This document shows positions 23,641 through 35,227 of a stretch of 64,000 nt of DNA, piece by piece. The notes below the pieces were generated by a model, which searched no databases, was not told the origin of the DNA, and saw nothing but the letters and a program-made list of their open reading frames with translations. A program made the translations under genes and the position numbers. Source of the stretch: Antedon mediterranea (Eukaryota > Animalia > Echinodermata); the NCBI RefSeq assembly GCF_964355755.1, contig NC_092671.1, positions 19,964,001 through 20,028,000 of the forward strand, in the 5' to 3' direction. Every line of letters starts with the position of its first letter. The stretch's first letter is position 1.

Positions 23641-26349
23641 TCATCTAATATATAGATGATGACGCAATGGAATCACTGAACCATATCACACTCAAAACGT
23701 TCCTCAGACACGCGCTGTAGACTTGCTCCAAATCTGTATTTATTGTCCTTTTTTGTGTTAGTCCACCAGTCGATGTTTCAATTTTGTCTGGATCTACAGA
23801 CTTGTGATACACGTATACAAATCGATTTGCAGAGCTCAGAAGAATTACGTAGTGGTATATAAATATGAATTTTGAATAAACCAATGATCAAACGGACGTC
23901 ATTTGGTTTCAAAAAAGGTACGTATAAGTACGACGAGACTGAAATAATAACTGTTGAATTAATATATTGTAATAGACATAAAGTGTTGCCGAGTGTTTTT
24001 ATTAGTTATGCCTACATATCAAGTCTAAGCCTGAGCCTCGTACTCGTATCACCTGCCAATAAATAGTACATACCACCAGAAGTATTATTCAGAAACTATA
24101 GAGGGCGTGCATATATCATAAATATTCATGATGCATGCCTGAGCTCATGACGTCATACTTGCAAAACACACTGTCGGATGCACGTTCGCAGTGCAGATCG
24201 GCGTTAATAATACTGTACTCTTTTTCTGGATGTTGTTAAAAGATACTAGACCTGCAATTTGTAACGTTTTGTAAAAAATTAATGATTATAATATATTATA
24301 TATAACTTTAAAAACATTAAACCAGGTAATTCCTTGTCTTAAATATGCGTTCTATTAAGGTTAATTTTGATAAAAAGAGAAAAACAATACACTACCTAAG
24401 TAGCTCGCGTCGAGAGCTTAGTTGGTCTTAGTTTTGCTGGTTAAAGAGCGGTAGCGTCCGGCAGAATCCGTTAAGCCGCCGAGCTATGATATAATTAAAC
24501 CTGTATAATCACAATTGATTCTAAGGTTATGTGTGAGGTTTAATTAATTGATTTAATTATGTACATTGTTGGATGTCAAAAAATAAATATTTCAGAAAGA
24601 TAAGCAACATATTATATTATAACGTTTTTATTTTTATTGATTTGCATTAGCAGTTGGTGCGGGTATATGATTGGTAAGTGTTTTTGCATTTTGCAGCAGC
24701 TACTCTACAGTAGCAGCAGCGCAACGAGAGATCATTTTCGGTTTCCGCGTAAAAACTATTTCCAGGGTTTGCCGCCACATCATGAATATATATATGTGTG
24801 GATTCAGGCCCTCTATATTTTCTGCCTTAACCTAATAGGAAAAAACAGGCACACAGCTACCACACAGTCACACAGGGTCTGATATTTGAAATCTCCAAAA
24901 ATGCATAATAATATATGTTATATTGAGTAGTCCATCGCATCCGGCTGAAACTAGTCAAGAATTCTTGGTGTCAACCACGTGACTTGTACGTGTGTGCCCA
25001 GATGGAGTGTCCAAGCACAGTACACGTATGAAACGCCATATTTGCAAAATATTTATCTTGTTACTAATATTAAAGGACAACTTGGCTGATAATGAGGACC
25101 ATATTTTTACAACGTAGGACGTACATGATTTCAGAAGAGTTGCGAGTTTGAAAACGGTTAAGTGTTCTCGGTGTGGTTGGTCAGTCGGGCTCACACCCGT
25201 TAAAGACGAGTAGGCCTACTAATGCTAGTAAAATATAAAATCCAGCGACATCTCAATGAGTTTGATATTGACAGTAATTTTCCAGTAGCAACTCTTGTCT
25301 GCCGTCAAATAAATAAAAGACCAATGATTTGAATCCACGAAGATATTAGCCTACATTCTTCACTAGCCGACGAATTACTCGTTGCGACACACTCGATCCG
25401 ATTGCAAAAATATTTCACTTATTTTGTTATGCGCCCTCTCTAAATGCGACGAATGACCGTTTGTGATTAAATACCCACGTGTATGCGTTGCGCGGTAAAC
25501 ATCTGGAATCGGTTCGGAGAAGAAACTATCGTAAATTACTGTAAACTGGAAAATTGTTGACGGAAATTCTTCTGTCAATGTACAAGGCCCAAGTTAGCCA
25601 ACCAGCAGATTATATGGCTATATAGAACAGATGGGTGAAATAATTATAGGCCTACGAATTGACATCTCTCCTTGGGAATGTTATTTTTCTATATCGAGCC
25701 TATATATTTCACTAGTCTTTGCTTTGAGAATTATATAATCTCAGGATATATAGTTCACCTAAGTATTCGTCAATTACGTTTTCATGCATTCTGAGATAAA
25801 CAATAGGCCTATCATGATTTTGCCAAATCATTCAATGTATTATAAACTGATACGGTAACTATTAAATAATTGAAATACATTGAAATAACATGGTGATTAA
25901 TGACCAGTATTGCATATTTCTGTGTTTCGAATGCTAATGTCCACGTTCACAATCAAAGACGGCAATACCCATTTATCTACATTATAATTGTTTTTGAATT
26001 GCATCCGATACATTAATCTTCATCTTGTAAAGTAAAAGCTTAAAGGGAGTTCTGGCCTATCTACTCGATTAACACGTTGGGTATTCCATTTTGTAAAAAT
26101 TTGCTATTTTATGTAGAAATTGTATAGATCCATTTAAAATAGAAATTCACTTTCTTAAAATATAGTTAAAACAATAAAACAAGGAAAAGGTAATCCAATC
26201 AATTGCCAAAATGTAGGGCCATGTTGAAAATAAAAAAAAACTGTAAAACACAATTTACAGAATTATCGTTGAACGTTTGAATTAAACACGTGAATGCTAT
26301 TTACAACAAAAGACTGATCATTATGGAGGTACCTCCATGATTAGATTCA

Positions 26350-26445
26350 CTCTTAGGGGTCGCGATTCTACAGCTTATTATTTCGGTCGGACGGTTGGTC
26401 GGTCGGTAAACACTAACTCAAATTTGAGCACGCGACTGCTTTTTA
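26350..26445 (+). mobile_element. Helentron/DINE-like non-autonomous fragment
   Basis: gtcgcg..(cggt)n microsatellite..cacgcgac layout, similar to the copy at 42004-42112. Confidence 0.4.
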
Positions 26446-27295
26446 TTGATATAGCCAAATTGCATAGACATCGTTATATGTGCACCTAGTAGAACATTTA
26501 CCTAACCACGATATATTTTGTTGGCGCCATGTACAATTTTATCTTCTAGAATGTTAAACTACCATGTATTATTATAAATAGGATATGCAGTGATCTGAGC
26601 GTTTATAGCGATGACTCAATCGATGACGTGTGTATAAAATTAATGTAATCGAATTGTCTTGGTAAAACTGGGGAAACAGTGTTACACAGCTGTGTTCGAA
26701 TATGCATACCCGCACACAAAAGCTAATATAAATTCATATCAGCTTATGAAGAGCCTACCCTCCGGGGCTACTTTATTTAAAATGTGTAATCTCAAGACAG
26801 CAACCTTAAAAATTACAATCTTAATTTCATATCACAAAATCGATTACTGACTTAATTTTACTGCAGATGATATTGGCATTTAAAATCGGAAATTGCTATC
26901 TATTGGGAAATAAAAATACATTTCAGATAAATTCCAACCAAAAATTCAGTTTTTTCAGTATTTCGGTTCATATGTGGTGTGTAGCCTACTCGATTTCTCT
27001 TCAGTTTTGTAAATGTACTGCAAGCACATTAATTATCTGTTAAAATATATACAGTATTAAGTATATTACTTGATTCACTCGACCGATCAGTTAGCTCTCA
27101 GTAATTGTGATTTGTTTGTTTGAATTAAGATTCGAATAATTTTTTTGTATGTATTTTAAAAACTACCGTTCGACACTATCTTATATAAATATATTTATTT
27201 TGCATAGCTTGAAGGACCATTAATACGATTCATGTTTATAGTTTGGTATCTTTTTGACCGAACGAATAATAATATATAATACTAATAATAATACT

Positions 27296-27340
27296 ATTTC
27301 ACTGACGAAGGGCTAGTGTTGCCCGAAAGCTCTGCTAATT
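27296..27340 (+). ncRNA. minimal hammerhead ribozyme motif of Penelope-like-element type (probably decayed)
   Basis: CTGACGA-A-GGGC-tagtgtt-GCCC-GAAA-GC-TC; both core boxes, a 4-bp stem II and a palindromic AGCT stem III; stem I has only 2 clear pairs. Confidence 0.55.
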
Positions 27341-27529
27341 TTACTGGCTGTTTTACTTTATCATTTTTATTTTTTATTTTTTAAACATTGTCATTTTTCA
27401 GTAATTTGCCTCTGGATTTATTATATCGGTATATGTATAAGAAATCGTTGAGGGCGGTAAATATCCAATGTTTATACACACGGGAATTCATGATGTAGGG
27501 AGAGTGAGTGAGTTGCATACTAAATTACT

Positions 27530-27790
27530 CACTTATAACATGCAACCTTCCTCAAAGTGCAATCATAGGTCCACTTGTATTTTCTATTGTAAGTGATCTC
27601 CAGTTCTAGAATACTTAAATTTATTCTTTATGCCGATGATACAAACATTTTTGATTCTCATGCTAATCTTAACACTTTATTTAACAGCATAAACAACGAC
27701 CTTTGCAATTCATCTCAAACTGGTTAAAATGCAACTAATTCTTAACATATTAAAAACCAAACATATATTTCCAAATATAAAGTCAAACAT
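27530..27790 (+). mobile_element. CR1/L2-group LINE reverse transcriptase fragment
   Basis: Decayed LPQSAIIGPLVF...YADDTNIF (27629-27643)...INNDL...WLKCN. Confidence 0.75.
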
Positions 27791-28307
27791 ATGCCTATAT
27801 ACTGTAAAGCCCAAAATGTTGGCGCACCCTTTATTTTCCATTGATTAAACAAAGATCGCGAAAATAAAGGGCGCCCGAAAATCGCGAAATTCCAAACGAT
27901 GTTGTTTACAATCAGGCCTAGTCTAGCCTAAATATGGAAAAAATGAAAATAAATTAGTTACTATAAACTTCTAATTGTGTATTCTTTGAAACATTTACAA
28001 ACCCCGATTACGTCTCACTTTAAACCAAATTCATGTTTATTTTTTGGGTATTTATCACCAAATTCATGTTTATTTTTTGGGTATTTATCAAGTTTTTAAA
28101 GGTGTTTATAAATCCGTATTTTATTGATATTGACAATGTTGATATAATATATATAATAAATTACTAAAAAAACGTAATTTTATATTCAATTTATTACTTG
28201 TTTATTTCGTGCATTCGCCAAGCGGCCAACAGAGGGCGTAACTTGTTTACATCGTTCGCGTGACTAAAAATGATCATTTTCGACAATGTTTTCAAAATGT
28301 TTGCTTT

Positions 28308-31300
28308 TAGTCCGGTGGCAGGAGGGGGGAATCACCACCCGAAAGGGGACAAATTGCCATCCAACTTTTCTAGACTAGAATTTTCCGTAGATTACGAATA
28401 TGGAAGGTAATCGATCAGGATAGGAAGCGTTTTCGAGATATAAGGGGTCAAAGTTCAAAATTGACCAATTACAACAATGTATTATGTATATGTATTATAA
28501 CAAATTTATTGAAGCACAATTTGGTCTTTTATTACATTTTTATGATTATAAGTGTCTATTCAATCACCTTATAAAAAAAAAATCCTTTGTGATTAAGGGT
28601 CAAATGTCAATATTGACCAATCATAGAACGTACCTATAAAACCAAATAAAAACTAATATTTAATAAAAATTGGATGTCTTCTCATCCTGTTAATCAATCA
28701 TACGCAATGTAAAAGAGCAAATACATCATTTCATCAGTTGACATAAGGTCAATTTCATCAGTTGACATAAGGTCAAAGGTCAACATTTTAATACGCGTAT
28801 TAGTTAACAAATAAATGCAACGTTGTCCAAACAATGATATTGATGGTTTTACAAGTAATCAAATTATTTGATTAGTAAAGTTATGTTATTTCATTATAAT
28901 ACTGTATTTAATCAAATCAGACTTCGATCAGGATAAGAAGCGAATAGGAAGAGATAAGGGGTCAAAGTTCAAAATTGACCAATTATAATAATGTATTATA
29001 TACATGTATTATAACCAATTTATTAAAGTTCAATTTGTTCTTTTAATACATTTGTATGGTTATAGGTATTGTATGGTGTTATTCAGTCGCCTTATAAAAC
29101 AAATACAATTAAAGGTCAAATGTCAATATTGACCAATCACACAATTTGCATTTAAAACCAAATAAAAACTAACATTTAAGACAAAATGTTATGTTTTATC
29201 ATTCTGTTAAAACATCTATCAATCATACAAAATCAAAAGAGCACATTTATCATTACACAAGTTGACATTGGTCAAAGGTCAACATGTGAATAAATGATAT
29301 ACTAAATAATGCAAAGTTATTCAAACTATGAGATCGATGTTCATAAATGTAATCACGTTATTTGATCAGTGAAGTTATGGTATTTTTATATTTTTTCTAG
29401 TGCGCATTATTTTAAATGTATTAATATAATACTGTAAAATAAATAATAAAATTAATATTATGACGATTAAAATGTTATGATGTTAAAATGTTGCGCTGAC
29501 CTTCAATGATTTGCCACTATACAGTTGCATTTATTAGGGCTACAATATTCGTTTTTGGAAAATAAACTACTATTCATCAGAACCAGAGAATACCAATTCG
29601 TACAGGATAGGGCATAGGCAGATCCAGGTGGCCAAACTCAATCCACAACTCACTACACAGACAGACCACAATTTTTATATAGTTTGGCCCATACAGGAAA
29701 GAGTTTCCTGTATACAAAGGATTCTAAAATAACCTATATGGATTTGCCCGAATGAACCCTCTAAGGACCCTGTTGGGATCTACATAAGGCCCTGTATTAG
29801 AAATTAGTATGGGGTAAATAGTTTATAGATGAACTATTGAATAAAACTAAATGTGCATCCTCAATCTTTAAATAACATTTATGGATTTGCCCAAATGAAC
29901 CCAAGGGCCGGTCGTTCTCTATGGATGGACATTAAGCCCCATAATGGAAATATAAGGGGTGACACTGTGAGTTCATATAGACAGGCGCGGCCCATGAATT
30001 AAGCTGCCTGTGCACTCTCGATCCTTAAGAAAAATGTATGGATTTGCCCAAATTAACCCAAAGGCCGGTCATCCATGGACATTAGGCCTCATAATGGAAA
30101 TATAAGGGGTGACAATGTGGGTTTATATAGACAGGCACATGGAATAAAGCTGCCTGTGCACTCTCGATCCTTAAGGAACCGATTTGGATTTTGCCTAAAA
30201 TGAAACAACAGCAGGTCATCTATTTAGACCCTTCTGTGGTTCTCTACTACTGTATGTTCAGTTCTACATTTGGCTCCTGTATCGGATCAATGCATTTGGC
30301 TACATAAGTTACTGTGTTAGAAATATATCGGGTAACTAAAACTGTAGGTTCCAATATTAGGCCATGGGAAAAGCCTGTCTGTGCACCCTCAATCCTTTTA
30401 AAAGGAACCCATATGGATTTGCCAAAATGAACCAAGGGTAACTTCTGAATTCTCTATGAGCCGTACATTCCGTTTATTGGAGATACATGGGTACCTGATT
30501 GAAATTGCTCAAAAGAAAGACATTGTATTATTCCCCTTCCACACCTCTTTGAATTAAATCCGCCCTGATAGGCTCTTATGCACAAGATTTCAAGGCAATA
30601 ATCACACTTGCATTTTTCAAACAGTATAATCTATTAGATTGAATAAAAATATCTATTATAAACAATTTGCCGTTAGAAATCTCTATGCCATGTCGTTATT
30701 TAGATGAGAAAAACAGGTCAAAGGTTAAAATTACAGAAAAATAGGTGTTTCAGTCACTTTTTGAAAAAAATGTTGCATTATGGCAAGTATAAACATATAT
30801 ATTGTGAACAATTTGACACCAAAATTGGCTTCTTACGACAAATATTTATTAATTTATGTTTTTATCACCTTATTCAATTATGTCAAAGGTTAATAACCAC
30901 ACTTCCGGTCATTTTCAAGCAATATCATCTGTTATACTGAATATAAATGTATATCTTGGGAACAATTTGCTACTATTTTTTATTCTCTCCGACCTGCCGT
31001 TACTTAGATATAGCAAAAAGAGGTCAACGGTCAAAATTGCTAACAATGAGGTTTCCGGTCGATTTTTCAAAAAAAGTTCTGTTAGAGCTAATATAAACAT
31101 ATACATTGTGAACAATTTGACACCAAAATTATCTCACTACGTCTAGAATTTCCAGAGATATAGCATGTTTTTATATTGGTCAATTTTGAACTTTGACCCC
31201 TTATATCTCGAAAACGCTTCCTATCCTGATCGATTACCTTCCATATTCGTAATCTACGGAAAATTCTGGTCTAGAAAAGTTGGATGGCAATTTGTCCCCT

Positions 31301-31337
31301 TTCGGGTGGTGATATCCCCCCTCCTGCCACCGGACTA
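28308..31337. mobile_element. non-autonomous TIR transposon, Academ-like, ~3.0 kb
   Basis: Near-identical ~162-bp TIRs (28308-28469 and 31175-31337) starting TAGTCCGGTGGC; TTT on both flanks (3-bp TSD); internal tandem duplications; no long ORF. Confidence 0.8.
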
Positions 31338-31454
31338 TTTATTTCATCTTTATTCCTAGTAGTACTACCCCATCGTCTCTCTGAAAATAAAGTTTGGGGA
31401 AAAAGCTTATTTTTATGCTTATAAAATGCATATCAAAGCCGATAAATTTAAGTG

Positions 31455-31552
31455 TGCCGAATCGTTTCAGGGCTGAATAGTCCCGGGCCGAATCGTCCCA
31501 GGGCCGAATCGTCCCGGGCCGAATCGTGTCAGGGCCGAATCGTCCAGTTACC
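31455..31552. repeat. ~15-bp minisatellite (gggccgaatcgtcc)n, probably one arm of a foldback/MULE-like element
   Basis: About six units ending ...cagttacc; no partner arm found in the window. Confidence 0.6.
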
Positions 31553-31772
31553 TATTAATACAATCATCACTTTGATCGCTAGAAACATAGGCATCAACTA
31601 AATGTAATATATTCCCCCAACTATCCAACAAATCTTATATTTCATATATTAATTAGAAGTTCGAAAAAATAATTTCATTCATAATAATTTAAACCTCTTC
31701 GTCACTCCGTTTAATATGTTGGACCTAATCACACGATTGAAAAACCAAACTTAACAATTACATATGTATAAT

Positions 31773-34660
31773 AGAGAGAAATGGCGAACCGACGTCTAAA
31801 ATCCGAGTGGGTATAAAATCATAACAAACCGTTGAGGGCGGCACATTTCCTATGTTTATACACGTGAATCATGGCGTCGTCTAACACATTGTTGCAACCA
31901 AATGCAATACAGTAGTACAAGTGTGGCATTATATAACTGAAAATAAACCAATAAAACAATGAAATATGTATAAAAGTCATCCATCATTCACAATCATATT
32001 CCTAAAAATATCTCATATCTGTAGGTCTACATTAGAATAGGCCTATAGTATTATAGTAGAATGGTGTTATCAAGTATTCATTACTGGCGGTAGCCCCCCT
32101 GCAGGTAGCATCACTAGCCACATAACAGAATGGCAGTTGTCAAGCTGAAACTAATGCTAGGCCTAGCTAGGAGAGGCCTAGCAGCACCCTAGCTAAAGTA
32201 GTAGTAGTAGTAGTACAGTAGGCCTATGCAATAACGAATTTCCAATAGTATTATTATAATAACCTATAATCCGTGCTAGGCTCGAGTACTCGAGGTACTA
32301 CAGCATACAGGCCAACTATCTAGGGCCTAGAGCTGGGTACAGTATATAACAAAAACGCGTCTTAATTCAATCCAAATTAAAATAAAATATGTTAACAGTG
32401 GGAAAGCCAGTCGACAAATGGTGTCAAATTTCGACTCGGAGAGGGCGCCCTACCTTTCTAATTTAGTTCAAAATTGCTAAATTTTAGGGTGTTTGAAAAA
32501 CACAATATTTGTAAATTTAGCTGATTATCGGAAAAATATTGTTAGTGAAATAAATTCATAAATGGTTTTAATATATTGTCATGTAAAATTAAATGTATTT
32601 GAACAAAACGATAATCTGTAATTTAACGGCAAAATCAACCAATGTCTTTTTTCCGAAATTGTACCCTAGAAAATCGTTAAAATAAAATATTTAGAAAAAT
32701 TGAACAGTCCTGAATTTAAAATCCCTGTTAGAAAAATTAATAATCTACAGAATACGATATTAAGATACAAAATTCGGTTGTTGGGATGCAGCTTCGACTA
32801 TTCAAACTAAAGGTATCTCTATTTGTTCCATCGAAAACTAGCGAAACCGCCATTTTGTAAACACGTCGTCGTCGTGTTTATGAATTTATTTATAGCGAAC
32901 GATATACGCGATGTTTATAATTGTCCGCGTATAAGAATTCATATAAATAAATACATTCCAATACAACGTATATTATTAATTGTTTATTTATTACAATATA
33001 CATTTTAGTTGAGGAATATTTATCATAACTATTATAATAGCTTTTATACGAGTCCAAGCCTAGCCCTATTTAGCGAGCGATTGTTCCAGGGGCGGAAAGT
33101 CACTTAGTGACGTTGTGATCGGGCGCGTCGGGCCTAGATAATATTAATAATATGACCTGAAATAAGCGGCTAACTAGAACTGTTACTTGCTTACAATTGT
33201 TTTGTTATCGATAACAAATTATTTATTCATTTTTTTTGGTAAAAACATGTACAAACTAGTACAGTACTGTATAATATAAATAATAGTAATACAGTACCGG
33301 TAATAGTATTAATAAAATATAATATAGGCCTAACATACAATAAATATTCAATTTTTAAGGTCTACCACATGACAATAACATAATTTACAAAGTATAGTGG
33401 TAGTAGGTTTGCATTCAACATAAAACATTTGTATTGTAATTCATCTAAATCCTCTGCAACATACATATTATTTGTAATTCAACATTTTGTTTTAAATTAT
33501 TAAATTATAGTTTGGGTATGACAATGTCGGTAGGTACCGGTGTCATCTTTTTATCCACTCTCAATTTGAAGTCACAAAGACGAAGAACTCTGCATCATCA
33601 ACGATTCCTGAAAATGTCAGAAAAAATAATAAATATTATTTTAAAAAAATGTTAATGTCTGGTTGTATATATAATTATAATATTATATGATGGCCTAAAA
33701 AGTAAAATGGGGGCTGTATTTTATTATTTAAATTACAGTATTTACTATTATTATTTATATAATCTAGGCCTACTAGTTGTAGCCTAGCTAGGCATCTATT
33801 GAGCCTAATAAATCAAATAATAAATGAAAAATAAAATAATAATATTAATACTGATTGAAAAAAGTATTTTTTGGGGGGATCAGATCACCAAGCTTGGCCG
33901 GCCAGGACCAATGATACTCGTAATCAGGACAACTTAACGACTATCGGATCAGCATTAACACAGTACAACACACGTCTCGCTATCGCCTATACTGACCCAC
34001 TGTGTCTCGCGTTGCCGCTTACAGTAGAAAATGTACCTACCTTTCGAGGCATGAGAATACACCAACAAATTTTGAACAGGATAGAAATATATCACACTCG
34101 ATTAAACTAATATTATTCTTGATAAAACAATTGATTATAATTTTTGTAATTTGTTGGGATGCACCTCCGACTATTCCTAAAATGGACAACAAAACCGTAG
34201 TCAAATCGTACCACATTTATCAATGTCGCAGAATGTATGGTATTAGCTTCGGTTTCTTTGAAGGAAACCGATTGGTTATCCAATTATACTTATTAGGAAA
34301 TGCTTTTACCATAATAGGTAATGTTGGGCGGTTCTTAAATATTCATGAGAGCTTAAAATAAAACAGCACTTATTTGCTGGGCGACGAAAAATTGTGGTTT
34401 CAGTTTTCAACGATAGGTGGCGCTTCAAAATCGTCAATGCGGAAGTAAGTCGATTTTACACGATTTAACGGTCAAAACGCGAAGTGGCTTTCCCACTGTT
34501 AAGATTTGCCCATATAACATTAAAATTGTTAAGGGTGCTGCAAAAAAAAAAGATACTGCTATTATGTGTGTTTTAAACGTTCTTTTCTACCTACCTTTTT
34601 AACTCAACCCATCGGAATTTCCCATACAAAATGGGCGAAATGGTTTCGCCATTTCTCTCT
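31773..34660. mobile_element. TIR element (PIF/Harbinger-ISL2EU-like termini) hosting a nested insertion
   Basis: at|AGAGAGAAATGGCGAA...TTCGCCATTTCTCTCT|at inverted termini. Confidence 0.55.
32396..34498. mobile_element. TTAA-flanked non-autonomous TIR element (~2.1 kb) nested in the 31773-34660 element
   Basis: TTAA|CAGTGGGAAAGCCA...TGGCTTTCCCACTG|TTAA; perfect 14-bp TIR and TTAA duplication; no transposase ORF. Confidence 0.7.
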
Positions 34661-35089
34661 ATTATTAGTGGTTTTGACTACCATAAAGTGTATATTGTTT
34701 TACTTGTTTTAGCAGCAGAAAAAATGTTTACTTCATTTCCAATTTGCTGATACTTTATATACAAATCACACTTTTGACCATATCCAAGTACATCTTATTC
34801 GTCGATATAGATTATGTTTGTGGTAAAAACAAACCAACAACTAAAAGTATGATTAACAAGAGTTCATAAAAACCAACAGGTTAATCTCTAATAACAAAAG
34901 TAATGTTATAGTGATAAATACTATTATAGATGTCTAAAGACAAAAGGTTAGGTGATGTATCTTACGCCTCGAGTGTTAAAGTTAAATCACACACTAAAAA
35001 GCAACAAAAAGTTAGAAAATTGAGTTTAAAATAACCATACGTTGTTCATCCTCAGAACTGAGAATGCAGAAAATCCAGTAAACTGGGAA

Positions 35090-35173
35090 TGTAGGAAATT
35101 TGATCGAGACGACTGCACGGAGACTAAAATGAGCACATGTATCCGTGCAGTCGTCTCGATCAAATTTCCTACA
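35090..35173. repeat. perfect 32-bp inverted repeat with 20-nt loop
   Basis: tgtaggaaatttgatcgagacgactgcacgga (35090-35121) and its exact reverse complement (35142-35173). Confidence 0.95.
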
Positions 35174-35227
35174 ATTCAATTTACTATTTGTAGGTACTGT
35201 GTCGAAAAGTATAGGAAGTAGTGAAAG

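Noticed and set aside
24100-24700. Promoter-like patch with TGACGTCA (24148-24155) and a plus-strand GTAAGT
   Set aside because: No downstream exon chain found; single short motifs are expected by chance.
34680-35090. 5' LTR and primer-binding site of the BEL element
   Set aside because: No matching 3' copy after 38990 and no clear PBS.
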